A DNA stretch of 63,417 nucleotides, filler included, from Chiloscyllium plagiosum (taxonomy: Eukaryota): NCBI RefSeq assembly GCF_004010195.1. It is 5 parts of one record of this genome, joined end to end, with 100 filler letters (N's around TTAATTAATTAA, not from the genome) between each part and the next. Parts side by side here need not be neighbours in the genome. Positions count along the whole stretch, not along the records: positions 49,605 to 58,842 come from NC_057711.1; positions 58,943 to 63,417 come from NC_057711.1; 3 more parts are not named here. One strand, written 5' to 3'. Positions 49,605 through 62,505 of this stretch are shown here, piece by piece (within the stretch, counting starts at the first letter, position 1; each line of letters begins with the position of its first letter). A model generated the notes under the pieces. It was not told the DNA's origin. It worked only from the letters and a program-made list of their open reading frames with translations, and did no database searches. The position numbers and the translations under genes were made by a program.

Positions 49605-50020
49605 CCACTCACCTATTGTACTCTATGCTACTTTCTCCCCACCCCCACCCTCCTCTAGCTTATCTCTCCACGCTCCAGGCTCACTGCCTTTTTTCCTGTT
49701 GAAGAGCTTTTGCCCGAAACGTCCTAGAAGCGTGGCATTCCAACCAGAACTCTATCAACAAACACATCGAGTTAGACCCCATCTACCACCCCTGAGAAAA
49801 AGAACTGGAAATGACATCACCGCAGGAAATTACATCACCAACCCAAAGAAACTCAAACATATAAATAGAAAGCAGGAATTATCAGCAATGTTTCGCCCGG
49901 ATGCCCACCTAAGATATTACCTAGTAGGGTGACGAAACGTCTGGAAATGAACCTTCCAGCTCAGCGAGCAAACCTACATCCAGAACTTCAACCTGAGCTA
50001 CAAATCTTCTTAAACCTTGC
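49605..50020 (+). mobile_element. Chimeric PLE ends: family A 3' region (49605-49723) joined to a GIY-YIG end and terminal repeat of another family (49724-50020)
   Basis: The first part ends ...GCCCGAAACGTC. The second encodes LEAWHSNQNSINKHIELDPIYHPLR and has the core CTAAGA-TATTACCTAGTAGGGTGAC-GAAACGTC, similar to 41806-41835. Confidence 0.75.
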
Positions 50021-51589
50021 TATAACAAAACTTGTTTTGGGCAGCTGCTGTAGTGGCGATTGCAGTTCCTTGTCACCATTGTGGCTATGTCTGAGTTTCT
50101 GTGAAACCTTGTGGCTGCGATTCCAGTGATATGGTGAGGCAGTCCCACAGTGGTACTGTCTTTTTCTGAAACCAGGAAACGCAAATTGAACTAAAATGGA
50201 CTTTGTCTTAATTTCCTTTCTTATCTACACCTTCTGTTATTACTATAGATGTCGTGGAATGGTGACTTAAACACTTTTCACTGTATTTTTTAATAAAATG
50301 CACAAATGACAATAAATTACTATTTTATTCTGTTCTAGCTGTTAGACAATAAGTCAGGGCAGAAGTAGACCATTTGGCCCATTGAGACTTCTCTGCCATG
50401 GCTTATCGGTTAATTCTCGACTCCATTTTCCTACCTTTTCCTCATAACCTCAAACAAGGCTGTATTGATTCAAATTCAAATTTAAGCAGCAACAAAATAA
50501 ATTCCTTCATAAAGAATGAATGTAACACCATACTTACTTCATAATACAGGGTATAATTATAGACATTACTCAATAAGAAATGTGAGACCTTTCTAGTTTT
50601 TGAACTGTTCATTCATGCTGGGCAATTGCCAGAATCTCAATTAGAGAAAAAATAAAGTTGAAGTAATGAAGCATTTAATATCTAGTCTTCCATCTTGTAT
50701 CCTTGGCATTCATTCCAAACTCTGACATTTGTATATTTTTCCCAGTGAATTGTTTCTTTCATACTACTTGCTAAAATATCTGCAAAGTGAGCACAAATAT
50801 GTTTCTTCATCTGTCATTAATAATGTTTCCATGCAAAATTTCTAACTCATATGATCAATCACTTTTAGAATTATTCAATATGTCAATATTCAATATTTCA
50901 ATATGTGCAGTGTATTCTCATTAGCCTCCCTTCATTTTATTTTACAAGGAATTTGCATTGCCTATCAAACTAAATGGTAGTTAGAATTATTTCTAGATTT
51001 GTCAATGAAGTTTTGATTGGAAGACTTTACAGCACTGAGTATTACCTATTGAATTGCTTATAATGCTGCTAAAATAAATAGATCTCTAAACTTGCGGGTC
51101 AAAGGAGGCCAGCTTACTAACAGTTGTATTTGTCAAAATCCTTTTTGTTTAACTGAAAGGCTTTTCATTTATTTTCATAGTTTGGTATTTGGCAGTTGAC
51201 TGGGTTTTAGCGATTGGATATATAGCTCGTTTGGATTTGTAATGATGGAACAAATGAACTTAGGGTCATAGGCGTTACAATGAAATTTGAAGGTCAGCCA
51301 AGTTCACTCAAAATGTTTCAAGCATTTAGTTGATGTTATTGCTTTTCTGTCAGTTGATGAAAAGTTAGGGATGGTAGTGTTTCTGTTAGTTACCATTGAC
51401 TTTAATTGAACCTTGAACTAATGCCGAGATATAAATAGGACCTTTATTGAGGTTCTGAATGAAAAATTACTTCCCTCTGCATCATTAGACCAGAATGATA
51501 ATACACAAAACACCGTTACACTTTCTGTATTTATTTTCATTCAGTTGATTTTTCATTAGACAATATTGAATTTCTTTTACAGGTTTTTT

Positions 51590-52445
51590 AAAATTCATTC
51601 TTGGCTCCTGGACATTGCTGATTTAGCCTACATTTATTGCCCCACTCTAGTTGATCTTGAGAAGGTGGTGGTAAGCTGCCTTCTTGAACCACAATGCTGT
51701 TAGAGAGGGAATTCCAGGATTTTGACCTCATGATTCTGCAGGAATGGTGATATATTTCCAAGTCAGGGTGGTGAGTGGCTTTGAGGGGAACTCACAGGTG
51801 GTGAGTTCTGCTTTCCTTGTCTTTCAGATGGAAGTGGTTTAGAAGCTTCTGTCTAAGGAGCGTTGGTGAATTTCTGCAAAACATCTTGGAAATAACGCAC
51901 ACTGCTGCTCCTGAACATCAGTGGAGGGAGTGAATGCTTGTGGATGTGGTACCAATCAAGCAGATATCTTGATTAGGATTGATCTTCTTGAATGTTGCTA
52001 AAGCTGGAGTCAATCAGAGATATGGAGAGCATTCCATTACACTCCTGATGTGCTTTGTAGATGGTGGACAGGCTTTGATGAGCCAGGAGGTGAGTTAATC
52101 ACTGCAAAATTCTGAACCTCTGACCTGTTCTTGTAACTACATAATTTATTTGGTTAGTTAGACCTATTAATAGTTGATAACAATTTGCTTGCTAGGCTTT
52201 GGAGCAAACAAACTACTGTGGGTTTGGAATTACATATAGTTCAGACCAGATAAGGTTGACAGACACCATCCCTAAAAGAGAATAATAAACCAGATCAGCT
52301 TTTACAACAATTGACAATAATTTCACAATCATTTTTAGACTTTGCAATTGCAGGTTTTTCAAATTCAAATTCCGCCATTAACCATTGTGGGATAAACCTA
52401 GCATTTCCTTGGTCTCCGGACTATTATTCAAGCAACAATAACACT
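51590..52445 (-). mobile_element. Bipartite element: SINE-like 5' segment (52160-52445) fused to the 3' end of the second LINE family (51590-52155)
   Basis: 51590-52155 aligns with about 9600-10210; 52175-52290 resembles 12630-12750. Confidence 0.6.
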
Positions 52446-52446
52446 G

Positions 52447-52757
52447 GGTCAGCACAGTGGCTCAGTGGTTAGAATTGCTGCCTCACAGCACCAGGGTCCC
52501 AGGTTTGATTCCAGCCTCAGGCGACTGTCTGTGTGGAGTTTGCACATTCTCCCCGTGTCTATGTGGGTTTCCTCTGTGTGCTCCAGTTTCCTCCCACAGT
52601 CCAAAGATGTGCAAGTAAGGTGAATTGGCCATGCTAAATTGCCCATAGTATTAGGTGCATTAGTCAAAGGAGAAATGGGTTTGGGTGGGTAACTCTTCGG
52701 AGGGTTGGTGTGGACTGGTTGGGCCGAAGGGCCTGTTTCCACACTGTAGGGAATCTA
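52447..52757 (+). mobile_element. HE1-like V-SINE
   Basis: TGGCTCAGTGG A box, GGTTTGATTCC B box, V core and CR1-like tail. Confidence 0.9.
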
Positions 52758-53884
52758 AAAAAAAATCTATGCCATCACCTCCTCGAATTATTCTGATTTT
52801 CCACTGGGAACAGAGTGCATCAAACTTAAAATTTCAGGCTAAACTTCTTTCAAAGCCTGTGTCAAGTGTGGTCAGGCTGATTTCATGGTCTTAGCTGACA
52901 TAGTGGGTGAAATTTAATGAAACCTGCTGAAGCGAGGAAGATGGTGGTTGGCCACAGAGAATTGCATCAGAGTCTGTTGGCTGTCCCATGGTGGGAAACT
53001 ATCCAGGAGATAACCAGTGGCAGGAAGGCACTGACGGAGGGACCTTGCCTGCTTGAAGCAAGAGCTTACTTAGGCTCATTAATGAGCCTCTTAAGTTCAA
53101 TTATTACTGACTCCACTGTGGTTAATGGTGCCTCAGCAATTTAATGTTTACGACATGGTCTCCCATAAACTCCAGAAAACCACTGCAGTAAAAGCTTGTG
53201 GGTTTTTTTTTAGCAGATTTCTTGATCTTTTGTGCTTGTTTAACCAATATCCAGGAAAGTGAGTTCCAGGACAGATCCTGTAGATGGGCAGAAACACTTT
53301 GAACAGAAAGGGGCTGATCTGAATTGCTGCGGGTTCATGCTTCCCACAGGAAGCTCTTATCCGAGCAACAGGCCCCTTTAAGTGACACTAAATGAGCAGA
53401 GAGCACAATGTTAGAGTGGCAGCGTACGTGTGTGAGATAAAAGAGAGGACACCTGAAAATCAGCTTCACATTAATTTTGGTGAGACTGACAATGGAAATC
53501 ATACACCTAGTCAAGTTTCATATTTATGATTAGGAAAGAGGTAATTATGTTGACCATAATAGATTGCAGTTTGCAGCTAAGAACAAACTGTAGTAATTAG
53601 CAGAATGAAAGTTTCTAATTTTAACAAACCATTACTCAGACATCCGTAATTTTACAAATTAACAGAACAGTTTGCTGCAGATACCTGCAATTAATATGAA
53701 ACCATATGGACCTCCTTACAGTCAATTATGTGTTGCAAATAATTGCAAATTACTAATACATAAATATTGCAAATTCTAGACACTGCACATTAGGAAGATA
53801 GCAAGGCCTTAAAAAGCATACATTATAAATTTGGTAGACTGATACAAAATACAGAACTTCAGTTATGGGGAGTGACGAGAGAAA

Positions 53885-54500
53885 CTAGGACATAAACAAA
53901 TTGGTGGAGAAACACGGCAGGTATGACAGCATCTGTGAAGAGAAAGCAGAGTTAATATTTTGAGTTCAGAGACCCTTCTTCAAAGCTGATAGTAGCTAGG
54001 AAAAGATTGCATATATGCTGAAAACAGAAAGTTTGGTGGTAGGGGAGGGGGTGTGGGGTGGGAAGCAGTAGGCGAATGGGCACAGATGGAGATAGAGCAC
54101 AGAGAGAGAGAGAGAGAGAGGCAATGACAGTTAGGGAGACCCAGGGATGAACAATATATGCCAGGGGAAAAGAAACTCTGTTAATGAGACAATATGTAGG
54201 TGAAAATGGGTTGGCTGTGCTAAAAGCAGCCTTGGAAGTAAGGATGGGTAATGGTCATAGAAGAAGGTGTTCAAATCTAAAATTATTGAATTCAATATTG
54301 AGTCCTGAAGGCTGCAGCTCCCCAAGTTGAAAATAACATACTGCTCGCATTGAGATTTGTAGCAAGCCTGAGACAGAAATATTGGCCAGGGAACATGGCA
54401 GCATGTTGAAGTGGCAGGCTGGGGATCACTGTTTGCACAGAATGTGGGTCTTCTGCAAACTGGTTGCTCAATCAGAGTTTCATCTCTGTAACGTAGGGAG
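53885..54500 (-). mobile_element. Old PLE 3' region (GIY-YIG end plus terminal repeat), includes an (AG)n tract
   Basis: CEQYVIFNLGSCSLQDSILN resembles the PLE endonuclease end; the terminal repeat reads CAGATGCTGTCATACCTGC on minus. Confidence 0.55.
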
Positions 54501-54611
54501 ACCACAGATCTCTAGGAGACCTAAAGAAGTTAAGGTGTTCACCTTACTGAACAGAAAGCTAAGGGGGGAGATTTTATGGGGGTGTTCAAAATGAGGAAGG
54601 ACTTTTTTTTC

Positions 54612-54912
54612 AGATTTTAGATTGCATTACAGTGTGGAAACAGGCCCTTCGGCCCAACAAGTCCACACCGACCCGCCGAAGTGCAACCCACCCATACCCC
54701 TACATTTACCCCTTACCTAACACTACGGGCAATTTAGCATGGCCAATTCACCTGACCTGCACGTCTCTGGATGGTGGGAGGAAACCGGAGCACCCGGAGG
54801 AAACCCACGCAGACACGGGGAGAACGTGCAAACTCCACACAGTCAGTCGCCTGAGGCGGGAAATGAACCCGGGTCTCAGGCGCTGTGAGGCAGCAGTGCT
54901 AACCACTGTGCC
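54612..54912 (-). mobile_element. HE1-like V-SINE, CpG-rich (young)
   Basis: Reverse complement reads GGCACAGTGGTTAGCACTGCTGCCTCACAGCGCC...; V core intact. Confidence 0.9.
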
Positions 54913-55929
54913 AGTGAAAGAAATAAAGAAAATCTGTTTCTGGTGGCAAAATATACAGCAACTAGAGTGCCAAAAGTTAAACCATTTGGTAAAAATTCCA
55001 GACTGGAAGATGCAGATAATTATAATTTGGAATGCACTGTCTAAAAGAGTAGCAAAAGACAAAAATGCTTGACGGAAATATTTGTAATCAAAAACAGTGG
55101 AACAGGAGTAATTGTATAGCCCTTTCAAAGAGTCAACTTGGATTTTTATTGTATTGTATTGTTCTAAGGATCCATGATAGTGACATCAATTTTAGAAAAG
55201 AACTGTTCTTGATTTGAGTAAACATTAATGTTTTTGTGGTGTTGAGCTAGTCTCAAGATTCCAAGTTGTGATTTGATGAGCAATATTGAACAAAATACTT
55301 GTCTCTGCACAGAAATTATTGTCAGAAATAGTCTGGTATTAGAAGTGAAGGAGGCTGACTGAAAAAACAACGTTGAATAACTTACAAGTAGGTGGCAGAA
55401 TTTACAATGACATTGTTTACTTGAACTTTTAAAATTATTATTAATAAAGATTTGCATGAAGGACTTCAAATCAAAGCAAGATGGAATTTAACTGGAGTAT
55501 GGTACTGGATGTGAATTTGGCTGAAGGATAGGAAACAGATAACTAGAATTCACACCTTTTAACATGAAGAGGAAAGGACATGTAAAATGTTTATATGCTA
55601 TTATTACCCTGTTGAGAGGCAGTTTATTTGAGGGAAATGTTGGGATCAATACCAGTACCATGTATCCAAATATTCTGGATTTTGAAATCAAGGGCGATAA
55701 ATTGAAATCAGAACAGCAGTAAAATTTGAGATTTCTATTAATAATTTGAATTATTTGTATGGAATAGAAGATTAACCAAATTATTGTGAGTACACAATGA
55801 AAGAAATTGAGCATAAAAACAATGATGTGTAGTTACATATGCTTTGTCTATTCTTCACAGAATAACATACCTGTGTACTGCAAATATTCTGAAACCCTGC
55901 ATTCCCTTGGCTGGGTCGAGAAACACAGC

Positions 55930-56125
55930 CTTTTTAATTATTCACTTTTGGGACATGAACATTTCTGGCTGGTCAGCATTTTATTGCCCATCCCTAGTTG
56001 TCATTGAAAAGATGGTGGCGAACTGTCTTCTTGAATTGCTGCAGTCCACATGCTATAGGTTGACCCACAAAACACTTAGGGAGGAAGTTCCAGGATTTCA
56101 ACTAATGACAGTGAAGGAATGTGAC
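55930..56125 (-). mobile_element. 3' end of the second LINE family
   Basis: Aligns with about 9600-9770. Confidence 0.7.
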
Positions 56126-56659
56126 AATGGAGGAAGTGAGAAATTACAACTTCAGGATCTCCAGTTAATCTGCCCATGTGTCTAGCTCAGCGGTTTCACG
56201 ATCAGGTTCAGAGGGATAGTGACATCAAATGCTAACAATTCTCTTCAAATTCCATTCTTCTTCTACAAACAACTGGACCCTTCATTATATTATAAATGTC
56301 AATAATACCATTAAATCTATATTTCATTAATGTGTATAATTCCAGCTCTTTCGCTAATGTTAATTAACATGTTATGACACGGCTCTGGAGCAGGTGGGTC
56401 TTAAATCCTGACCTCATGATGCAGAGGTAGGAACACTAACAATGTGCCACAAAAGTCATCTCAGCTTATTGCCCAAGTTCTAGAATATTTTGTGGTAGAA
56501 ATTCAGTGACCCTTCTCTGCAGAGCCTCAATATCAAGTAAACTGACCTCAACATTGCATAATTGAGGCCTGGTGGGCCTAAGGTTTGGACAAGGGCAAAC
56601 TAATATGCCTTGACTTATAATCAATTGTCCTACGAATATACGTCTATATTCATGCTTTT

Positions 56660-56850
56660 GTGTACTTTCGACTGTCTTATCCTTTTTTAAAAATTCCCTC
56701 ATAGTCTCCCTCCTCCCTACTTCTGTCACCATCTCCAGCTCCACAACCTTCAGCGCCATCTACGCTCGTCTAATTCAGACATCATGGGCATCTCTAACTT
56801 TAATTGCTCTACATTGATGGCCATGCCTTCAACTGCTTAAATCCTAGAAC
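56660..56850 (+). mobile_element. L2-type LINE 3' remnant
   Basis: Translates approximately PPYFCHHLQLHN...LRSSNS...GHAFNCL, resembling the L2 ORF2 end. Confidence 0.45.
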
Positions 56851-57204
56851 GTCCTTAAAAATTATTGCCTGATATTTTCTAAATTTCTAGTTCTATATAT
56901 CGGCACAATTGTATTTCAAGGGATTTTTATGATGTTTGATGAATTTAATGTATTTGGTACTTTTTCAAAATAATTTGTCTTTATTTTTAAGCTAATTTGT
57001 TAAGATCAGTTGCAAAGCAGCTGAAGATTAGAAATGTATTTCGCATATGCTTCATCGTGGACACGCTGGCCCATGTGTGTGCTGCAAGATGAGTTAATTA
57101 GGTTTACCTATTAACCTGAAGTGGTTATAGGGGATCACAGCCCATTGAGTTACTGAAGAATGTGATAAAATATGATGTGAAAGTAAAAAGCCTGATTTAA
57201 AAGG

Positions 57205-58842
57205 ATTCTCGGTAATCCAAGATGGAGGACAGGAAAGATTTCTGGCTGTAACAGCTGCTCCTTTTTTGAGGTATTTTAGGTGCTGGAGGTGATTTCCTTG
57301 AATTCCAGGAGCAGCAATTACTGTTTCATATGCTGTTGCATTGTTTTGGAACTTTGGAAAAAAAAAGTTAAAAAGTTTTAAAAGGGAGAAGAACAGACAA
57401 AGGAAGCACATGGTGAGGTCAGTGCAGAGTGAGATAGAAACTGACAGAGCAGTGAACCTGCACAGTTACTGCCTTTGCTGTTTGAATTCATGTATCGCTG
57501 GACATCGGAGTGTGTCTGGGAAAATTAACAAATAGTGAAGTTCACAACTGACGTTGGAGGAACTGTTTGGGCAAAGTTCACAGCACAGAAACAGATAAGC
57601 GAATTGTTTTAATTGTGTGGGTTCTTTCTTGATTATATGTTTTTTGAGATATGTCTCTTGATTAAGCTTAAAATATAAGCCATAACTATTAATTTAACCT
57701 GGGACAGTGTATTGTAAAGGATTAAGACAGTGTTATTTTCTGTGTCTGTAGATTGTGAAGGGGTAAAAATGGCCTTTAGTAGAGTGATATGTGCTTCTTG
57801 TAAGATGTGGGAGTTTAAAGAGACTTTAAGGTTATTGCGGTTTATATCTGCAATAAATGTTGTTGGTTGCGAATCCTATTGGATCGAATGCATCGGTTGG
57901 AGAGACAGTTAGAGGTAATGAGGAATTTGCAACAGCAACAGTATGTGATTGATGGCAGTTATAAGAAGGGGTGAAAGTCGCAGAAACAGCCACATAGATG
58001 GGTTAACTTCAGAAAAGGTAAGAGAGGTAGGCAGCTAGTGCAGGAATCTTCTGTGGCTATCACCATTTTAAACAAATATGCTGTTTTGGAAAATGTAGGG
58101 AGTGATCGATTCACAGGGTAATGTAGCACGAAGAGCCAGGTTTCTGGTATTGAGACTGGCTCTAATGCAACGAGGCATTCGTCAGGTTCCAAGAGATCAA
58201 TTGTGTCAGGGGACTCTCTAGTCTGAGGTACAGACAGATGTTTCTGTGGCCATCAGTGAAAAATCAGTATGGTGTGTTGTTTCCCTGGTGCCAGGATCAA
58301 GGATGTCTCAGACAGAATGTTCTCATAGGATGAGAGGGACCAATAGGAGGTCATTGTCCACATTGGAACCAACGACATAGGAAGGGAAAAGGTTGAAATT
58401 CTGAAGGGAGATTACAGAGAGTTAGGCAGGAATTTAAAAAGGAGGTCCTTGAGAGTAGTAATATCTGGATTACTCCCAGTGCTACGAGCTAGTGAGGGCA
58501 GGAATAGGAGGATAGAGCAGATGAATGCATGGCTGAGGAGCTGTTATATGGTAGAAGGATTCACAGTTTTGGATCATTAGAATCTCTTTTGAGGTAGAAG
58601 TGACTTGTACAAGGAGAACAGGTTGCACCTAAATTGGAAGGGGACTAATATACTGGCAGGGAGATTTACTAGAGCTGCTTGGGAGGATTGAAATTAGTAA
58701 GGTGGGGTGTGGGACCCAGGGGCATAGTGAGGAAAGAGATCAATCTGAGACTAGTACAGTTGAGAACAGAAGTGAGTCAAACAGTCAGGGCAGGCAGGGA
58801 CAAGGTAGGACTAATAAATTAAACTGCATTTATTTCAATGCA
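57205..58842 (+). mobile_element. CR1 LINE 5' UTR, decayed ORF1 (Zn finger plus SGNH esterase) and start of ORF2
   Basis: MAFSRVICASCKMWE at 57769; GDSL, VCCFPGARI and VIVHIGTND esterase blocks at 58200-58380; LNCIYFNA endonuclease start before the gap. Confidence 0.85.
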
Positions 58843-58942
58843 NNNNNNNNNNNNNNNNNNNNNNNNNNNNNNNNNNNNNNNNNNNNTTAATTAATTAANN
58901 NNNNNNNNNNNNNNNNNNNNNNNNNNNNNNNNNNNNNNNNNN

Positions 58943-61900
58943 TCTTCCCGTATGTGTCCAGGGAGGGAAAGTTCGAAAAGCCCAATAGGAGAGATCTGGG
59001 GTCCACTTTTATTTCCGTTCCTAAAATTTCTGTCAGGGTACTTGCTACTTTAGTCCAATGTCTACGGATCTTATGACAGGTCCATAAGCAATGTACAAGA
59101 GTGCCCATCTCTATTTTGCATTTAGGACACATTGGAGATGCTCCTGCCTTAAATTTTGCCAATCGGACCGGTGCTATATGGGCCCTATGAAGTATCTTCA
59201 GCTGGATAGCCTGGGTTCTGTTACAGATGGTAATTCTTCTAGCATTTTCCCAGATATCATTCCACGTTTCTGTGGAGATTTCTAGTCCCAGATCCTGATC
59301 CCATGTTTTAAGCAGATTATCCATATCTCCCGATACTTCATCATGTAGCAAATGATAAATATTACTTACGGAAGATACCCCCACTGGTCGTAGGACACTA
59401 CATTCTCTATCGGATTTATAAAGACTATCTAATAACGTAGTCTTCTTCTGTATATAATCTTGAATTTGGAAGTATCGAAAGAGGTCTCCATTGGGTAATC
59501 CGAATTTCTGACGCAGCTGTTCGAAAGACATCAGGACCCCATCTTTAAATAAATCCCCGAGACATGAGATACCCCTGGCTCTCCAGAGTTTAAAAGTGGC
59601 ATCTGTTAATCCCGGTTGGAATCCCCATGCTCCCACTATCGGTGCATAGGGGGATGTTTTATGTGAATTACCCTCCTTTTGCCGCATTATATTCCAAGCC
59701 TTGTTTGTATTCAGTATTATAGGGTTTTTACAGTGATCTGTAATGATTTTCCTCTTGTCTGAGAATAAAAGGTTAATAAGTGGGTATTTTACTTGCGAAG
59801 CCTCGATGTCCAACCAGATTGATTGTGGATCAGACAAGACCCAATCAGCTATATAACTTAATAGGGAACTTAATTGATATTTCCTAAAATCTGGGAAGTC
59901 CAATCCACCCCTTGCCTGTGGAAGCTGTAGCTTCTTCAGCTTAATGAGGGGCCGCCTATGGTTCCAGATAAAGGAACTCAGCCAGCCGTATAATTTACAT
60001 AAAGCTGTCCTCGGCAGCATCACCGGAAGCATTCTCATAGGATATAGGAGACTGGGCAGGATATTCATTTTGATTAATGCTATTCTACCCAGCCAGGAAA
60101 TTGGCAGGTCTCCCCATCGCTGGAGGTCCTGCCTTATCCTTTCCAATAAATTCACAAAATTAGCCTTATACAACTGACCAAATACTGGGGTAATAAAAAT
60201 GCCTAAATATAAGAAGCTCTCCAGGGACCAGCGAAAGGGAAAAAGGGATCCGTCCGCTAAGCGGGGTATCATAGCAAGGCCACCCTTTGGCATAGCCTCC
60301 GATTTTGAAAAATTAATTTTGTAGCCTGAGAATGCACTAAATGTATTAATAACTTGGATTAGGTGAGGTATGGACATCAAAGGGTTACTGAGGAATAGAA
60401 GAACATCATCTGCATAAAGGGTAATTTTATGTTTACCTGTACCAATCCTTGGGGCCACTATATTAGGATCAGCTCGTATAGCTTCTGCTAGTTGTTCAAT
60501 TATTAGCGTGAATAACAATGGCGAGAGGGGACATCCCTGATGGCAGCCCCTACCCACACTGAAGCTATCCGAGCCTAATCCATTGGTAACCACAACTGCT
60601 TTGGGATCACTATACAATGTTGAGACCCATTTGGTAAACACCTGTCCAACGCCAAACCTCTCCAATGTGTAAAACAAATATGACCATTCGACCCTATCAA
60701 ATGCCTTTTCCGCGTCTAATGAAACCACTACTCCTGGTATCTTTCCCTGATGGCAGGCTTGAATCATATTCAAAACCCTTCTAATATTATTGGATGATCT
60801 ACGGCCCTTAATAAACCCCGTCTGATCCTCCTTTATGATATGTGGCAGTACCCTTTCTAGTCTCAATGCTAACGTTTTAGAAAGGATTTTAAAATCTACA
60901 TTTAGCAAGGATATTGATCTGTATGACGCACAATCTTCTGGATCTTTTCCTTTAAAGGATAAGAGAGATATTTACCTCTTTCAGCGAAGGCGGGAGACAG
61001 CCCTGACTATATGCATAGTTATACATATCCATAAGTAGACCAGCCAATATTTCTGTAAATTCTTTATAGAATTCAGCTTGAAAACCATCTGGGCCAGGTT
61101 CCTTACTGCTCTGAAGTTGCCTGATCGCGTCAAGTATTTCTTGGACTGTTAGGGGAGCATTTAAGACCGATACCTGTTCTGGAGTTAGACCCGGAAAGGT
61201 CAAATTTTTTAAAAATGATTGCATCCTCCTAGTCCTGTCTTCACAATCCTGCGATTTATATAAATCAGAATAAAATTTTTTAAAGATTGCATTAATCTTT
61301 TTATGATCATGAATCAAAATACCGTACTTTCCTTGATAGACGTAATAGTTTGAGGGGCCGTTTTTTTCTTTGCAAGAAATGCTAAGTATCTACCCGGTTT
61401 GTCGCCAAATTCATATAACCTTTGTCTTGCAAATAATATTTCCCTCTTAGCCGTTTGGGTAAGTGTAGTGTTTAGAGCTGTCCTAAGGGCCGTAATCCTT
61501 TGCAATTTGATAATAGAAGGTCTATCAGCGTGTGCTGTTCCAGCTGCTTTTAAGTGAGCTTCGAGCAGACGCTGTTGTTCTCCCTTTAATTTTTTCTGGG
61601 TCACTGAGTAGGAGATGATCAAACCTCACGCGTAAGCTTTGATGGTCTCCCACATCATTGATGGGTTGCTAGCAGTACCTAAAATAATTTCTAAAAAAAA
61701 GTTTTAAATGCTTGAGAGAAGTACTTTACAAATTTACTATCTTTCAATAGGAAGGGGTCCATACGCCAATGCCGAGGGGATGTCCCGTTGTTCCTCGCCT
61801 TGGTTTCCATATATACAGCAACGTGGTCGGAAATTGCTATACTACCTATTTTACAGAATGATATGGAATTTAAAAAAATCGAGGGGGCAAAAAAACATAT

Positions 61901-62505
61901 CAATTCTGGTATGACATTTATGTGGATTGGAGTAAAAAGAAAAATCTGTGGATGAAGACATCTCCATACATCTACTAATCCTAATTCTTTATTCAGATCC
62001 ACCAATTGTCTAGATCTGGCAGATACCCCTGCAGTACTCTTGGGAATCCTATCTATTTCCGGATCCATAATACAATTAAAGTCTCCCCCTATAATTGTAT
62101 GACGGGCATCAAAAGCCATCAATTTTGAAAAGGCTTCCGTTATAAATTTAAAGGGGTGTGCCGGGGGTCAGTACTAATTTAAAATCCCATATTCCTCTCC
62201 ATTTATAAGGGCTTTAATCAAAATATATCGTCCAGATTCGTCTTTTATCTGATTTAGGATTTTGAAAGGGAAATTCTTCCGAACAAGAATAACAACTCCC
62301 CTGCTTTTTGAGCTAAAAGAAGAAAAAAAAGGACTGATCCACCCTGTCGTAATTTCAAGTGTTCTTTATCCAACAGGTGTGTCTCCTGTAGGAGAGCTAT
62401 ATCAACTCTTTCCTTCTTAAGATTTGATAATATTTTCTTCCTTTTGACTGGCAAATTACTCCCCTTGACATTCCAGGTGCACCACTTAACCGACTGATCA
62501 ACCAT
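58943..62505 (-). pseudogene. L1-clade LINE ORF2 (APE endonuclease, RT, C-terminal CCHC), frameshifted
   Basis: CTWNVKG, LLQETH, IGGDFN and ISDH (EN); PGPDGF; DQTGFIKGR, LDAEKAFD, QGCPLSP and LYADD (RT); CPKC..HCLWTC. About 655 uninterrupted codons at 58943-60908. Confidence 0.93.
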
